In this document: positions 8,576 to 18,800 of the stretch, in pieces
How positions within the stretch are numbered: the first letter of the stretch is position 1
Layout: each line of letters starts with the position of its first letter
Source of the DNA: a virus
Taxonomy: Duplodnaviria > Caudoviricetes
DNA: 50,478 bases
Strand: one strand, 5' to 3'
IMG/VR virus record: IMGVR_UViG_3300023176_000477
Location: 1-50,478 of that record
Position numbers and translations under genes: made by a program
Notes under the pieces: model-generated
What the model was told of the DNA's origin: nothing
The model's database searches: none
The model's input: only the letters and a program-made list of their open reading frames with translations

Positions 8576-9694
8576 TTAAGCTACGTCAGTAATCTTCAAA
8601 TGGTATGAAGGAGGACCAAAGTCGTATCCCATTTCCATGTAGATTGCTTTAGCAACTTGTGCATTTGCATCTTGGTCAATATCTCTTACGAATACTGTTC
8701 CGTATCCAGGGATATTTGTAAAGACTGGCTGTATAAAAGCAAAGTCTATGATGAATGCAGTATTTGCAGGAATGATATTAGGGTCAATAACCATCATACC
8801 AATTTGTCCAAATGGTGTGACAATTACGTCAATATCAATACCGGCTAAGTTTCTATCTCTAGGAAGAATAGCACCTGTAATACCAACGTTACCTGCTAGT
8901 AATTCTTTGTTAAGGTCCAATAATTGTTTTGGACTTAAGCAAAGTACTGGTTGTACCATTGGTGCGTGTGCATCATACAATCTCTTTAAAGAGTTTGCAA
9001 TAGTATCCCAAGAAAGAACTTGGTCTGTTCCTGAACCATCTCCAGCTGTATCGTTGTAGTATACGTTACCACCAACGAATGTTGGAGCTGTGTCATTATC
9101 TGCGTTAGCATTTAATGCACAGTATTCAGAAAGACCACGCATTTCTCTAGTACCAGCTCCTGGAGTTACATTAGCTCCATCAGCAAAAGTACCATTGAAT
9201 GCGAACCATTCTACTTCTCTAGCTACTTTTTCAAGAGCTAAAGACATTTGCTCTGCAAATTCATCAACGATTGGATTAGAACCAGCTAGTCCAAGTTGTG
9301 TAGATGCGGATGTTGTACCATCTCCATCAGAAGCGTCAAAAGCTGCAGCTCCTAATGTGAAAGTATTTTGTTGTTGAAATGTTGCCATTGCAGTGTAAGT
9401 CATCTTGACACCTTTATGGAATATCTGTGTCACACCTGTGTAAGCAACTCTATCTCTACCGAGATATTCAGTTGGTGTATTACCTTCTTGACCTTTAGTA
9501 GGCTCAGAAGATACAGTGTGTGAGTCAGCAGCTTGGATTTGCCAGAAAGTAGATTGTAAAACCTTACCTCCGTTTAATCCACCTGTTGCAGATAAGAAAG
9601 GAGTTCTTTGACCACCTACACGGAATAGCTCCCCAGAAAAGTTATTAATATTCTGGGAGTAAATTGCGTTACCTGTCAGAGTAATCTCTGCCAT
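8576..9694 (-). CDS. Major capsid protein
   Basis: 372 aa after scaffold; TPFLS, TQIF, RxMxGL and TPFG motifs typical of HK97-fold capsids; GGAGG SD; biased codon use. Confidence 0.85.
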   Translation of the reverse strand: MAEITLTGNAIYSQNINNFSGELFRVGGQRTPFLSATGGLNGGKVLQSTFWQIQAADSHTVSSEPTKGQEGNTPTEYLGRDRVAYTGVTQIFHKGVKMTYTAMATFQQQNTFTLGAAAFDASDGDGTTSASTQLGLAGSNPIVDEFAEQMSLALEKVAREVEWFAFNGTFADGANVTPGAGTREMRGLSEYCALNANADNDTAPTFVGGNVYYNDTAGDGSGTDQVLSWDTIANSLKRLYDAHAPMVQPVLCLSPKQLLDLNKELLAGNVGITGAILPRDRNLAGIDIDVIVTPFGQIGMMVIDPNIIPANTAFIIDFAFIQPVFTNIPGYGTVFVRDIDQDANAQVAKAIYMEMGYDFGPPSYHLKITDVA

Positions 9695-9732
9695 TGTACA
9701 CCTCCGTATTGTGTCGTATTAAATTCTTTTAC

Positions 9733-10194
9733 TTATTTTTTTTGTTGTTCCATAGCATTTAACCTAGCTCTAAGTGAATCTTTAACAGACGCACCTTTTA
9801 ATGCTTTAGCTAATTGCTCATTAACATCAAGAGGTATTTCTGAAGTAGAATTTGCATCAAGTGCAGCTACTCTAGCACGTGCATCATCTTGTACAACCGG
9901 TTCAGGTTCAGATTGTGGTATAACCTCTACCTGTCCTGTTGGTTCAAAACCATACTCATCCTTAGCAAACTGTGCGATAGACTCTAAATCTACAGGGCCA
10001 TCATACACTTGTTTTAACGCCTTGCCGAAACCTTTGTCAGTAGATAATCCTAACTTACCAAAGACATTGTTAATTTCTTTATCTTTAAAAGAAGCTAACT
10101 CAGCCTCAAGTTTTTTGATAGTTTCATCTTTTCTATCAATTGTTTCTCTCATTTGTTTTACACCATGTTCTTGCGGTGCATCAAATTCTTCCAT
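9733..10194 (-). CDS. Capsid scaffolding protein
   Basis: Acidic coiled coil immediately upstream of the capsid gene; GGAGG SD. Confidence 0.7.
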   Translation of the reverse strand: MEEFDAPQEHGVKQMRETIDRKDETIKKLEAELASFKDKEINNVFGKLGLSTDKGFGKALKQVYDGPVDLESIAQFAKDEYGFEPTGQVEVIPQSEPEPVVQDDARARVAALDANSTSEIPLDVNEQLAKALKGASVKDSLRARLNAMEQQKK

Positions 10195-10401
10195 CTTGTA
10201 CCTCCACTATGTATTAACCTATCAGACAAGACCATAGGCATCTTGCCGTGGTGCTACCTTTACCACTTGACTTATCTCTCTGGTAGCTACAAGCTATAAG
10301 TCCATTACTCTACGATTTTAATACGAGCTTTCAACGTAGGCTTCGAAAGCTGATTTGCAGGTCTATTTGTAGCGGACCACGCAACGCTTAAACTTATTAT
10401 A
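10195..10401 (-). ncRNA. Structured 5' leader / ncRNA candidate with -10 TATAAT at 10396-10401
   Basis: GC-enriched, five hairpins, complementary loop segments GCTACC/GGTAGC. Confidence 0.55.
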
Positions 10402-10403
10402 CA

Positions 10404-11402
10404 CTAATCTTCTATTAGTCCAACTATATTACCATCTTTTTGAATAGCTCCTAAAGTTGCTCCTTGCATTGATTGCATTTCTGCATTTATTCTTGTAACT
10501 CTTTTAGTTGCATCTGCATCTCCTAACGCAGCTTCTTCTAATGTTGTTATATCTAAATCTCTACCAATACTTGAAGCACTACTTATAATTCCACTAGCAT
10601 TTTCATACAATTGTCTAGCCATTTGCAAGTCCATACCTCGTTGTTTTAATTCATTAAATCTACCAAATGAATATGAAAAACCTCTACTTACAGCTTCTGC
10701 ACCTAATGTAATTGTATCTATAGCTCCATTTAATACTTTATCTTCTATTTTAGGATTAATTAAAGATGCAAATATTGTTGCATCATCATATTCTACACCT
10801 AAATAATCAGCTAACATATTTTTAACTTCAGGTATACGATTATTAATTGCAGCATATACTGTATCAATTCTTTGTTGAAATTCTACAGGTGCAACATCTC
10901 CAACCATTTCATTAAATTCATCTTCAAAATCAGAAAAATCTTGTATACCTATTTCTCTTAATGTATTTTTAAAACTTTCTTTTACACCTATAGCTTCTAT
11001 TTCTGACATTTTAAGTGTTATTCCATCATCATTAAACAACCAACCAAATTCTTTTTTATATTCACTTGATGCTCTTGTAAAAGATAAAGCTAAATCTTTA
11101 TCACCACCATAATTTGCATAACCTTCAGCATATTTTTTAACTATTGATTCAGGTAAAAATCCATATAATGTTCTAGCAACAGATAAAGCATACTGATAAT
11201 CTCCTCCAGATTGTGATTGAGATTGAGATGATTGTTGAGGTGGAGTATATTCTTTATAACCATCTCTTTCATATCTTTCAAATTCAGATAATCCACCTGG
11301 GTCGTTTTGCCTAAGGTCTGTATTAACCATTTTGACATCACCACCAGGTCCTTGTACATAAATTTGACCTCGTCTTACTTCAATTACTGGATTTTCTGCC
11401 AT
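10404..11402 (-). CDS. Putative internal virion (ejection) protein
   Basis: Helical 332 aa in a TAATG-coupled run between portal and scaffold. Confidence 0.55.
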   Translation of the reverse strand: MAENPVIEVRRGQIYVQGPGGDVKMVNTDLRQNDPGGLSEFERYERDGYKEYTPPQQSSQSQSQSGGDYQYALSVARTLYGFLPESIVKKYAEGYANYGGDKDLALSFTRASSEYKKEFGWLFNDDGITLKMSEIEAIGVKESFKNTLREIGIQDFSDFEDEFNEMVGDVAPVEFQQRIDTVYAAINNRIPEVKNMLADYLGVEYDDATIFASLINPKIEDKVLNGAIDTITLGAEAVSRGFSYSFGRFNELKQRGMDLQMARQLYENASGIISSASSIGRDLDITTLEEAALGDADATKRVTRINAEMQSMQGATLGAIQKDGNIVGLIED

Positions 11403-12754
11403 TATCTAATCCTTTGTGTTGACGGTTCTAAGAAATTTTGACTTCGTATAATGTTTCCACCAAAAGAAGATATCATATCTCTTGCAAAATCATTAACTAC
11501 ACTACCTATATTATTTGCTAAACCTTCTTGTACTAAATATTTATTAGCTTCATTAACATCATTTAATGTAGCTACTTTGTTATAAACATATCCATACTTA
11601 CCATCTGGGTCTATTTCCATATCCCATTTGTTTTTAATAGTATTTTTTGTAATTCTATCTATAACACTCCATTTAGTTTCTTTATCGTATTGTGGATATA
11701 AAGCATATCTTGCATCTTTTAATTCATTTTCTAAAGTTTCTAAATATGAAGCATCTTGTCTATATTCACCAGCATGTTTTCCAATTTCATCTATGTAATC
11801 TTTTTTTGCAGAAGGAGGTAACCAGTCATCTATAACAGTCATAACTTCTTTTTCACCAACTGTAGTTTGTTCAATAGTAGAATTTGTTATAAACGATTCT
11901 AAATCTTTATCTAACGGTGTATCTCTATATTTATCTACTAATCTAAATAATTGACTTCTAGCTTTATTATTATCCCATGAACCCATAACAACTTTATTTG
12001 CTATCCATTCCATAGTTTTATCATCAACACTTGCACCACTAGGTAATAAATCATATAAATATCCTTTTTGTGCTGATAAATCTAAAGCATATTGTGCTTC
12101 ATTAACATTGTAAAAATCTAAAGCAGTAATTTCAGGTTCTGTCAAATTAAGTTCTTTTAATACTTGACTCATAACTCCTGCAGTATTTACATAATCATTA
12201 GCTGAAGCTATATCTTGAAATAATAAATATCCTTCTTGCCATTTTCTTCTATAAGTTGGAGATTTAAATTTAGTAGTTCCTTCATTTAATTTATTAAAAC
12301 TATTCATTGCTATATCTATTTGGTCTGAAATAGTAAAATCAGTAGTAGACATTACTACAGCTTCTTCAGGTGTTAATGTTCCAATTTGTGTTTGAAAGAA
12401 ATTTTCTGGTACTTCTATCCAGTTTTCTGTTTGAACATACATACTATCGTATTCAGTTGGAGTAACGTAATGAGCTGTTTCATCTTTTACCATATCTTTA
12501 ATGTATTCAAATGGATTTCCACCTTTATAATCAATAACATCTGTATAATCTTCTGCTGGATTAAATGCTAAATATTCTCCAGTTTCTGTGGGAACTATTA
12601 TTTTATAAGTTAAACTTGATAAAAAAGCTTTGTTTAATTCAAATTTACTTGTACCTCCAGCTTGATATAATTCTTTTTCTATTTCTTCTAATGATTTAGG
12701 ACCAACAATAATTATTACTGCTCCAGGAGGTAATTTAGTTTTATCTAAAGCCAT
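11402..12754 (-). CDS. Putative internal virion protein
   Basis: 450-aa helical ORF in the same coupled run. Confidence 0.55.
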   Translation of the reverse strand: MALDKTKLPPGAVIIIVGPKSLEEIEKELYQAGGTSKFELNKAFLSSLTYKIIVPTETGEYLAFNPAEDYTDVIDYKGGNPFEYIKDMVKDETAHYVTPTEYDSMYVQTENWIEVPENFFQTQIGTLTPEEAVVMSTTDFTISDQIDIAMNSFNKLNEGTTKFKSPTYRRKWQEGYLLFQDIASANDYVNTAGVMSQVLKELNLTEPEITALDFYNVNEAQYALDLSAQKGYLYDLLPSGASVDDKTMEWIANKVVMGSWDNNKARSQLFRLVDKYRDTPLDKDLESFITNSTIEQTTVGEKEVMTVIDDWLPPSAKKDYIDEIGKHAGEYRQDASYLETLENELKDARYALYPQYDKETKWSVIDRITKNTIKNKWDMEIDPDGKYGYVYNKVATLNDVNEANKYLVQEGLANNIGSVVNDFARDMISSFGGNIIRSQNFLEPSTQRIR

Positions 12755-12756
12755 TA

Positions 12757-14544
12757 TTAAGACCCACTTTCTGCATTATTGTACATTTGTATATCATACC
12801 CTGCCATTTCCATTATACCAGGTCCAAACCTATCTTTAATTTTTTGTAGCTTTTTCCAAGTGTCTACATGATGATTTGCATTACCAGGAACTAAATCTGG
12901 ATTATTAACTTGTGCAAAATAACTAGGATTTACTCCAAATTGTCCTGTTTGTTCAATTTCATTTTTCCACCAACCAAAAAAACCATCTTGATTTCTTATT
13001 TTAAATTCTCTTTGCCCACTAATAATATCCCAATAATCTTGTTCATCAGCATCTAATTCAAATCTTTGAGGAAACTGGGACATAACCATTTTATTTATAC
13101 CCCAGTTATGTGGAGTATTACCTGTTATTTTTGCAGGTAACATAGTATCTAAGATATACCATAAAGATGTAAGTTTTGAACCTTGCCAACCAGCACTTTG
13201 CCAATATCTACTTTGATGTGCTAAATGTTTATTTAAATCTTCATAGGGTATTACATCAATATTTTCTTTTACAAATTTTGGTAACAAACCATATTTATCT
13301 AATACACTATTTAAAGCATCTGAAGCATTAAGTGTTGTAGCAACTATAGCAGCAGTTCCTTGCCATGCTAATTGATTATATAATTCATACCAAAGATTAC
13401 TAGCTATTCCTCCTAGTCTACCAGTAAGTGCACCTGTTGCTTTAGCTCCTTTAGCAGCTTTTCTACCTTGATTAGCAGCTTTTAAAAGGCTATCACCCAT
13501 TGCATGTCTTCCTTTAATAGCATCTTTAATTATACCTGTTTTAACACCTATTCTTACAGCTGTTTCTATACCTTCTCCTATTGGGTCTAATATAGATATA
13601 ATTCCTCTATACAATACTTTGCTTAATTTACCACTTATTTTTACAGGATTAAATTTACTTAAAGAATTGTATTTATCAAAAACATCTGCACCAAATGTTT
13701 TAACTAATCCTAGTAATAAACTTTCGCCATTTAATTTTGCATTTTGCATAGTAGGATGATTGTTAATATAATCTAAAGCTCTACGTTCAGAATCAGTCAT
13801 TTTATCTAATATTGATTCTTTAAAACTTTTATGTATATCAGGGTCATATTCTTCTATTTTTTCTGGAAATATATTAGGGTCATTTAATTTAGCTGCACCA
13901 AGAGAACCACCAAAACCTTGATTATTAAGTATATTAGTTAATGCTTCTGCTTGATTAACTGTTTTATTAGGGTCACCTGCAAAACTATCTACTAAATTGT
14001 AACCTTCATCTACTTTAGCTTTTAATTGATTTATTAATTTAGGATTTTCATCTGCCCACATTTGCCAAAGTTTTTGATATTCATCTTTACTTACTTGGTA
14101 ATCTTTACCAAATAAAATACTATTTTGTGCAGGAGGTTTACCTTTACCAGATTTTTTAATTTCATTTTGCCATACATCTTCTATAGTTCTACCTTTGTAT
14201 GGTCCTTCTTTAAACGTAGCATTTAATGCAGAAAATTGTTTACCTAAGTCATCACCTTTAGTAGATACTTCAAATGTTTTATTAGCTGTTTCTTGTTTTG
14301 CAATATCTTCTACAATTAATTCATCAGGTATAGTGTCAGGTATTCCTATATTTGCACGATACTTTACACTATCAATTAAATCATCTGCTAACTGTTGTAA
14401 TAAATCATTTTTGTCTTCTAACAATGGAATTAAATCTTCAAACTGTAATACAGCTCTATCTATTTCTATTTGAGGTATATTAAATTCTTTTTGTAAAGCA
14501 TTAAGTTCGTCTAAAACTTTTTGTCTAATTTCATCTTTGTCCAT
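12757..14544 (-). CDS. Putative internal virion protein with an inserted globular domain
   Basis: 595 aa; FEVSTKGD..FSALNA..RTIEDVWQ..Y..LW..WA.ENP..DSFA..NQA.AL..IL block. Confidence 0.6.
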   Translation of the reverse strand: MDKDEIRQKVLDELNALQKEFNIPQIEIDRAVLQFEDLIPLLEDKNDLLQQLADDLIDSVKYRANIGIPDTIPDELIVEDIAKQETANKTFEVSTKGDDLGKQFSALNATFKEGPYKGRTIEDVWQNEIKKSGKGKPPAQNSILFGKDYQVSKDEYQKLWQMWADENPKLINQLKAKVDEGYNLVDSFAGDPNKTVNQAEALTNILNNQGFGGSLGAAKLNDPNIFPEKIEEYDPDIHKSFKESILDKMTDSERRALDYINNHPTMQNAKLNGESLLLGLVKTFGADVFDKYNSLSKFNPVKISGKLSKVLYRGIISILDPIGEGIETAVRIGVKTGIIKDAIKGRHAMGDSLLKAANQGRKAAKGAKATGALTGRLGGIASNLWYELYNQLAWQGTAAIVATTLNASDALNSVLDKYGLLPKFVKENIDVIPYEDLNKHLAHQSRYWQSAGWQGSKLTSLWYILDTMLPAKITGNTPHNWGINKMVMSQFPQRFELDADEQDYWDIISGQREFKIRNQDGFFGWWKNEIEQTGQFGVNPSYFAQVNNPDLVPGNANHHVDTWKKLQKIKDRFGPGIMEMAGYDIQMYNNAESGS

Positions 14545-15851
14545 TATCTACCAAACATAGCTTTTAACATAGCTTCATCCATTTTCATTTTTTCCTGAGC
14601 ATATGTAGCTGCATTAATATCATCTCTATATGTTGCTCTAAAATCTTCTTGTGTTGTTTGTGTTGCTGTATCAACAAATTGATTTAATACTTCATCAGTA
14701 GGTTCTACTTGCCATGATTGAGTAGGTGATTTAATCATATTCATATTGTCAATAAAAGAATACATTTCATTCATTTGATTAAATTCATCTATATAACTTG
14801 TTGCTAATAAACGTACTTGCTCTTTTAATTCATCTTTAGTAGGCAATCTGTTCATTGTTGTATAAAAAGCATTTTCAACCATTTGTTCCATACCAAGTTC
14901 TCCTGGTACGCCTTCCATGTATTTTTTAAATCTAGCTGCAGTATTAGCCCTATCCATAGTTGAAGCTACATTAGCATGATTATCTTTGTAATCAGATAAA
15001 AAGTATGCAAACATTTTCTGATGTTTTAAATTTTCTCCTACTAAAAAAGCTGAATTACTAAAAGGATTACTAGGGTCTGTATCTAAGTCATAATTCATTA
15101 CATTAACATAATCCTGTGTACCAGGGTCTACGTATTTATTTGTATCTATCCATGCCATATATTGTGCAAGTTGACTACGAAGTAAACCATTTGGTACTCC
15201 TTTAGTATCATCAAAAGCTCCTTGTTGTACTAAACCATTATTTTCTAACCATTCTTGAAACTCTGTTACAGTATCTGTATTTTGAAATATTAATTCATAT
15301 ACTCCAGCCATGTCACCAAAATGACCACCAAAAGGTTTTGTTTGAACTTGACCAGTATCCATATCTGTTTTTACAACACCTATTTGTGAAGGGTCGTAAA
15401 TAGGAACAGTTCTTAACGTACCACCTATACCAGCTATATAATCATTAATTGCTTGTTCTTTTTCTACTTCTGAAAGAGTTTCATCATTATTAATTATTGT
15501 TATAACTTTTTCTACATCAGAAGAATAACTATCGTATTTATCTGGACTTAATCTTCTAGTAACAAGTTCTAGTTGATTATTAATTTGTCTTCTAATATCT
15601 TCAGGGTCATCACCGTCTTTTATGTTGTTATAAATATCTCTAATAATATCTAAATCTTTTTTAGGAAAATTAGAATTAATACTTCCTAATGGTGGGTCAT
15701 TAGGATTTGCTGCTGGAATTTGTGAATGTTGTTCCCATATTTCATTAACTTTTAATGCTGCAAATTCATTTGCATTTAAACCAAATAAATTAGAATATTC
15801 TGGGTTACTTAGTAAATCTATTACTAATGCTTGTAATTCTTTTTTTGTCAT
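14544..15851 (-). CDS. Putative internal virion protein
   Basis: 435-aa acidic helical ORF, TAATG-coupled. Confidence 0.55.
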   Translation of the reverse strand: MTKKELQALVIDLLSNPEYSNLFGLNANEFAALKVNEIWEQHSQIPAANPNDPPLGSINSNFPKKDLDIIRDIYNNIKDGDDPEDIRRQINNQLELVTRRLSPDKYDSYSSDVEKVITIINNDETLSEVEKEQAINDYIAGIGGTLRTVPIYDPSQIGVVKTDMDTGQVQTKPFGGHFGDMAGVYELIFQNTDTVTEFQEWLENNGLVQQGAFDDTKGVPNGLLRSQLAQYMAWIDTNKYVDPGTQDYVNVMNYDLDTDPSNPFSNSAFLVGENLKHQKMFAYFLSDYKDNHANVASTMDRANTAARFKKYMEGVPGELGMEQMVENAFYTTMNRLPTKDELKEQVRLLATSYIDEFNQMNEMYSFIDNMNMIKSPTQSWQVEPTDEVLNQFVDTATQTTQEDFRATYRDDINAATYAQEKMKMDEAMLKAMFGR

Positions 15852-18800
15852 TAACTATCATTCCTTATAATATCTATTTCATCATCTGATAAATCTACAA
15901 AATCATAAGCAGCTCTATCTGGATTTAATAACCTTAATACTACATTGTAATATAAATTAAATCCACGTGGATATTTAGCTAATAATTCTTTAGCTTGTGT
16001 ATCAAATTGCATTCTAAAATATTGAGCTTGTGGTTCATCTGATTTTTTCCACCAATCAAATTTAACTTCTTTATCTTGACTAATTAAATATTTAGATGAC
16101 TTTTCATCATATTCTTGCATTATTGGATATAACTCTAAAAAGAATTTACCTTCTTCTGTTGTTTTAGTTAAATCTAAATTTGGCCATATTTCAGTTATTT
16201 CTCTCCATATATCTTCTATTTGAGTTAAAGTTATAAATCCATATTCATCTCTTTGAAAACCACTAAAATCTGCCATTATAGCATTTCTCATAATTGCAGC
16301 TAAATCATCTTCTCCACCACCAGTTAATTCTAAATTATCATTTTGTAATATATTATTCATAGTTTTTATATCATCTTTCCAAGATTGATACTGATAAAAA
16401 CCTTTAGTTTTATTTATATATCTTCTGTATTCATCCGGAGTTAAATCATATCTTTCATTGTTAATTGCTTGCCATGTCATTTTTGCTTCAGGATTATCAC
16501 CATATAAAAATTGAAATGACAATGGTAATAATTTTTTCTCTCTAGGATGACTGTTCCAAAAATCTACAGCATCATATGTTTTAACACCTTTACCAGATAC
16601 TTTAATATCTGTAGGACTAAATAAATACATATGGTCTAATCCAAATTTAGAATGAAAATCTTGTGATGTTTGTATTGTGTCGTAGTTATTATTTTCTAAT
16701 ATTTCTTCGTAAACTTCATACAAAACAGCCATGTGATAATGCAAACTATTTTTAGCTTTAATAAAATATTCTGGTTTATAATTACTTGAAGGACCAATAA
16801 AACTTCTAATAAACTGCATAAACATATCTACTTGTGCTCTATCTCTTGCATAATCTAACATTGCATCTTCTATTTGTTCATATGTAACATCATCTCCATC
16901 TTTCCAATTAGGTATGTTGTATTTAAAATATTTATCTAATCTTCCATCTTTATATATATTTACCCACTCTAAAGAAACCATTGCATGTCGCCAAAAATTT
17001 ATTGTTGAATCAGCACGTAGTGTTTCTAGTTCACTTAATGCTTCACCAGGTTCTCTTACAATATCTTCTGAAAATTCAAATACACCTACTTTATCACCCC
17101 ATTCACGGCTAAAATCTACATCAACACCTTGTAAAAAAGCTCCTAATTTTTTATATGTAGGTGCTAAGCTAGCTAAATCCGATAATGCTATTTCTTCAGG
17201 CATAGGAAATTGTGTTAACCAATTTTTAAATTCACCAAATACACCACGGCTAGGTAATACTTTATTAAGACCTAAAGCAACAATAGAGTTAGTACCAGGT
17301 ACTTGTGACTGTGCAAGTAGGTTAATACTGCTTAGTGTAGATTTATATTGAACTTTCATATTAGATTCATCATCATCACCTTCTACTAATAAAGGCCCCA
17401 TCCATGCTTCAAATGGTGTCATAAATACATCATCACTAGGATTCATAGGATGTGGTGCAAACCAACCAGTATTTGTGTCACTTACATCATTTGTACCTTG
17501 TAAAGCTCTCCTACCTTTTTGTATACCAACAACTGGATATGGATTGTTTGCTAATAATTTACCCCAAGTTTTAAATACCTCAAACCATATTTCAGGAAAT
17601 GGAAATATATTTCTTGTAACTTCAGATATTTTATGTTGTGTAGTTGTGTCGTATAATAAATCTTTTAAGTTTTCTAAAGCGTATGCTCTGTTCATAGGTT
17701 CTACTTCATTAAAATTACTCCAACTACCAGTACCTAATCTTGATTTAGTTATTAAATCATTAACAACTTGTGATGGAACACCGTATGCTTTTGCATTATT
17801 AATGTATTTTTTTTGTAATGATTTATCCATTTGATTTATATTATCCATAACCCATAACCAATAGAATTGTTTAAATACAGGAGCTCTGTTTAAATAACCT
17901 ATAGGTTTACGCATTAATACTTCAAATAAACCATCTATAATATCTTCATATCTACTTGTTTTATTTGCATCATCTAATTCTTCTGTAACACGTACATATC
18001 CACCATTTAAACCTAAACCACCATCAGTAGTAGATTTAAATAATTCTTTAGCAGCATTAATAGCTTTACCTTTTTGTTTATTAGACATAGCTTTGATATA
18101 ACTTCTTTTTTCCCAATTTTTAACATCTAAAGCTTTTTTATTGTTTTGTTTAATTCTTCCAGTAATACCTGTATAACCATCAATATCACTCATAAAATCA
18201 ACAAATTTATTTGTTACCTTTCCATCTTTAACTACAGGTATTTTTCCTTCAGAAATAATATTTCTAAGTATTGTTGAACCTTTATTACCTTCTTTAACTT
18301 TATCCAAAGTCATTTGATATTTAACATCACTACCTGCTTGTTTCATAAAATGAATACCTTCAACAATATTGTCACCAGTAATTTCTCTTATGTATGCTTC
18401 TTGTTGTTGTATAAGTTGGTCTAATGCCCAAGAATCTGTTAATATATCGTAGTTTCCTGAGTAATCAGCATACTCTTGTAACCAAAATTGTCCTTCAGAT
18501 GAATCTAACCATTTGTTTAATTCAGGACTACCCCATCCATATTTAGCTACTTTTCTACCAATAGGGTCTGTTCTTACTTGTACATAATCCCAAAGTTTAC
18601 TTTGTGAATATTCAGCATTAGAAACGTTTGCTTTTAATTCCATTCTGTATTCAATATTTAAAGGATTCCAACCAGCTTTTTTACCTAAGAAACCTGTAAG
18701 TCCAATTGTTTGTTGTGTACCTTCAAGTAACTCTTGTGACATTAAAACTGATTGTATATCTGGTATATCATCTATTTCAGCTTGAGTAAATCCCATATCT

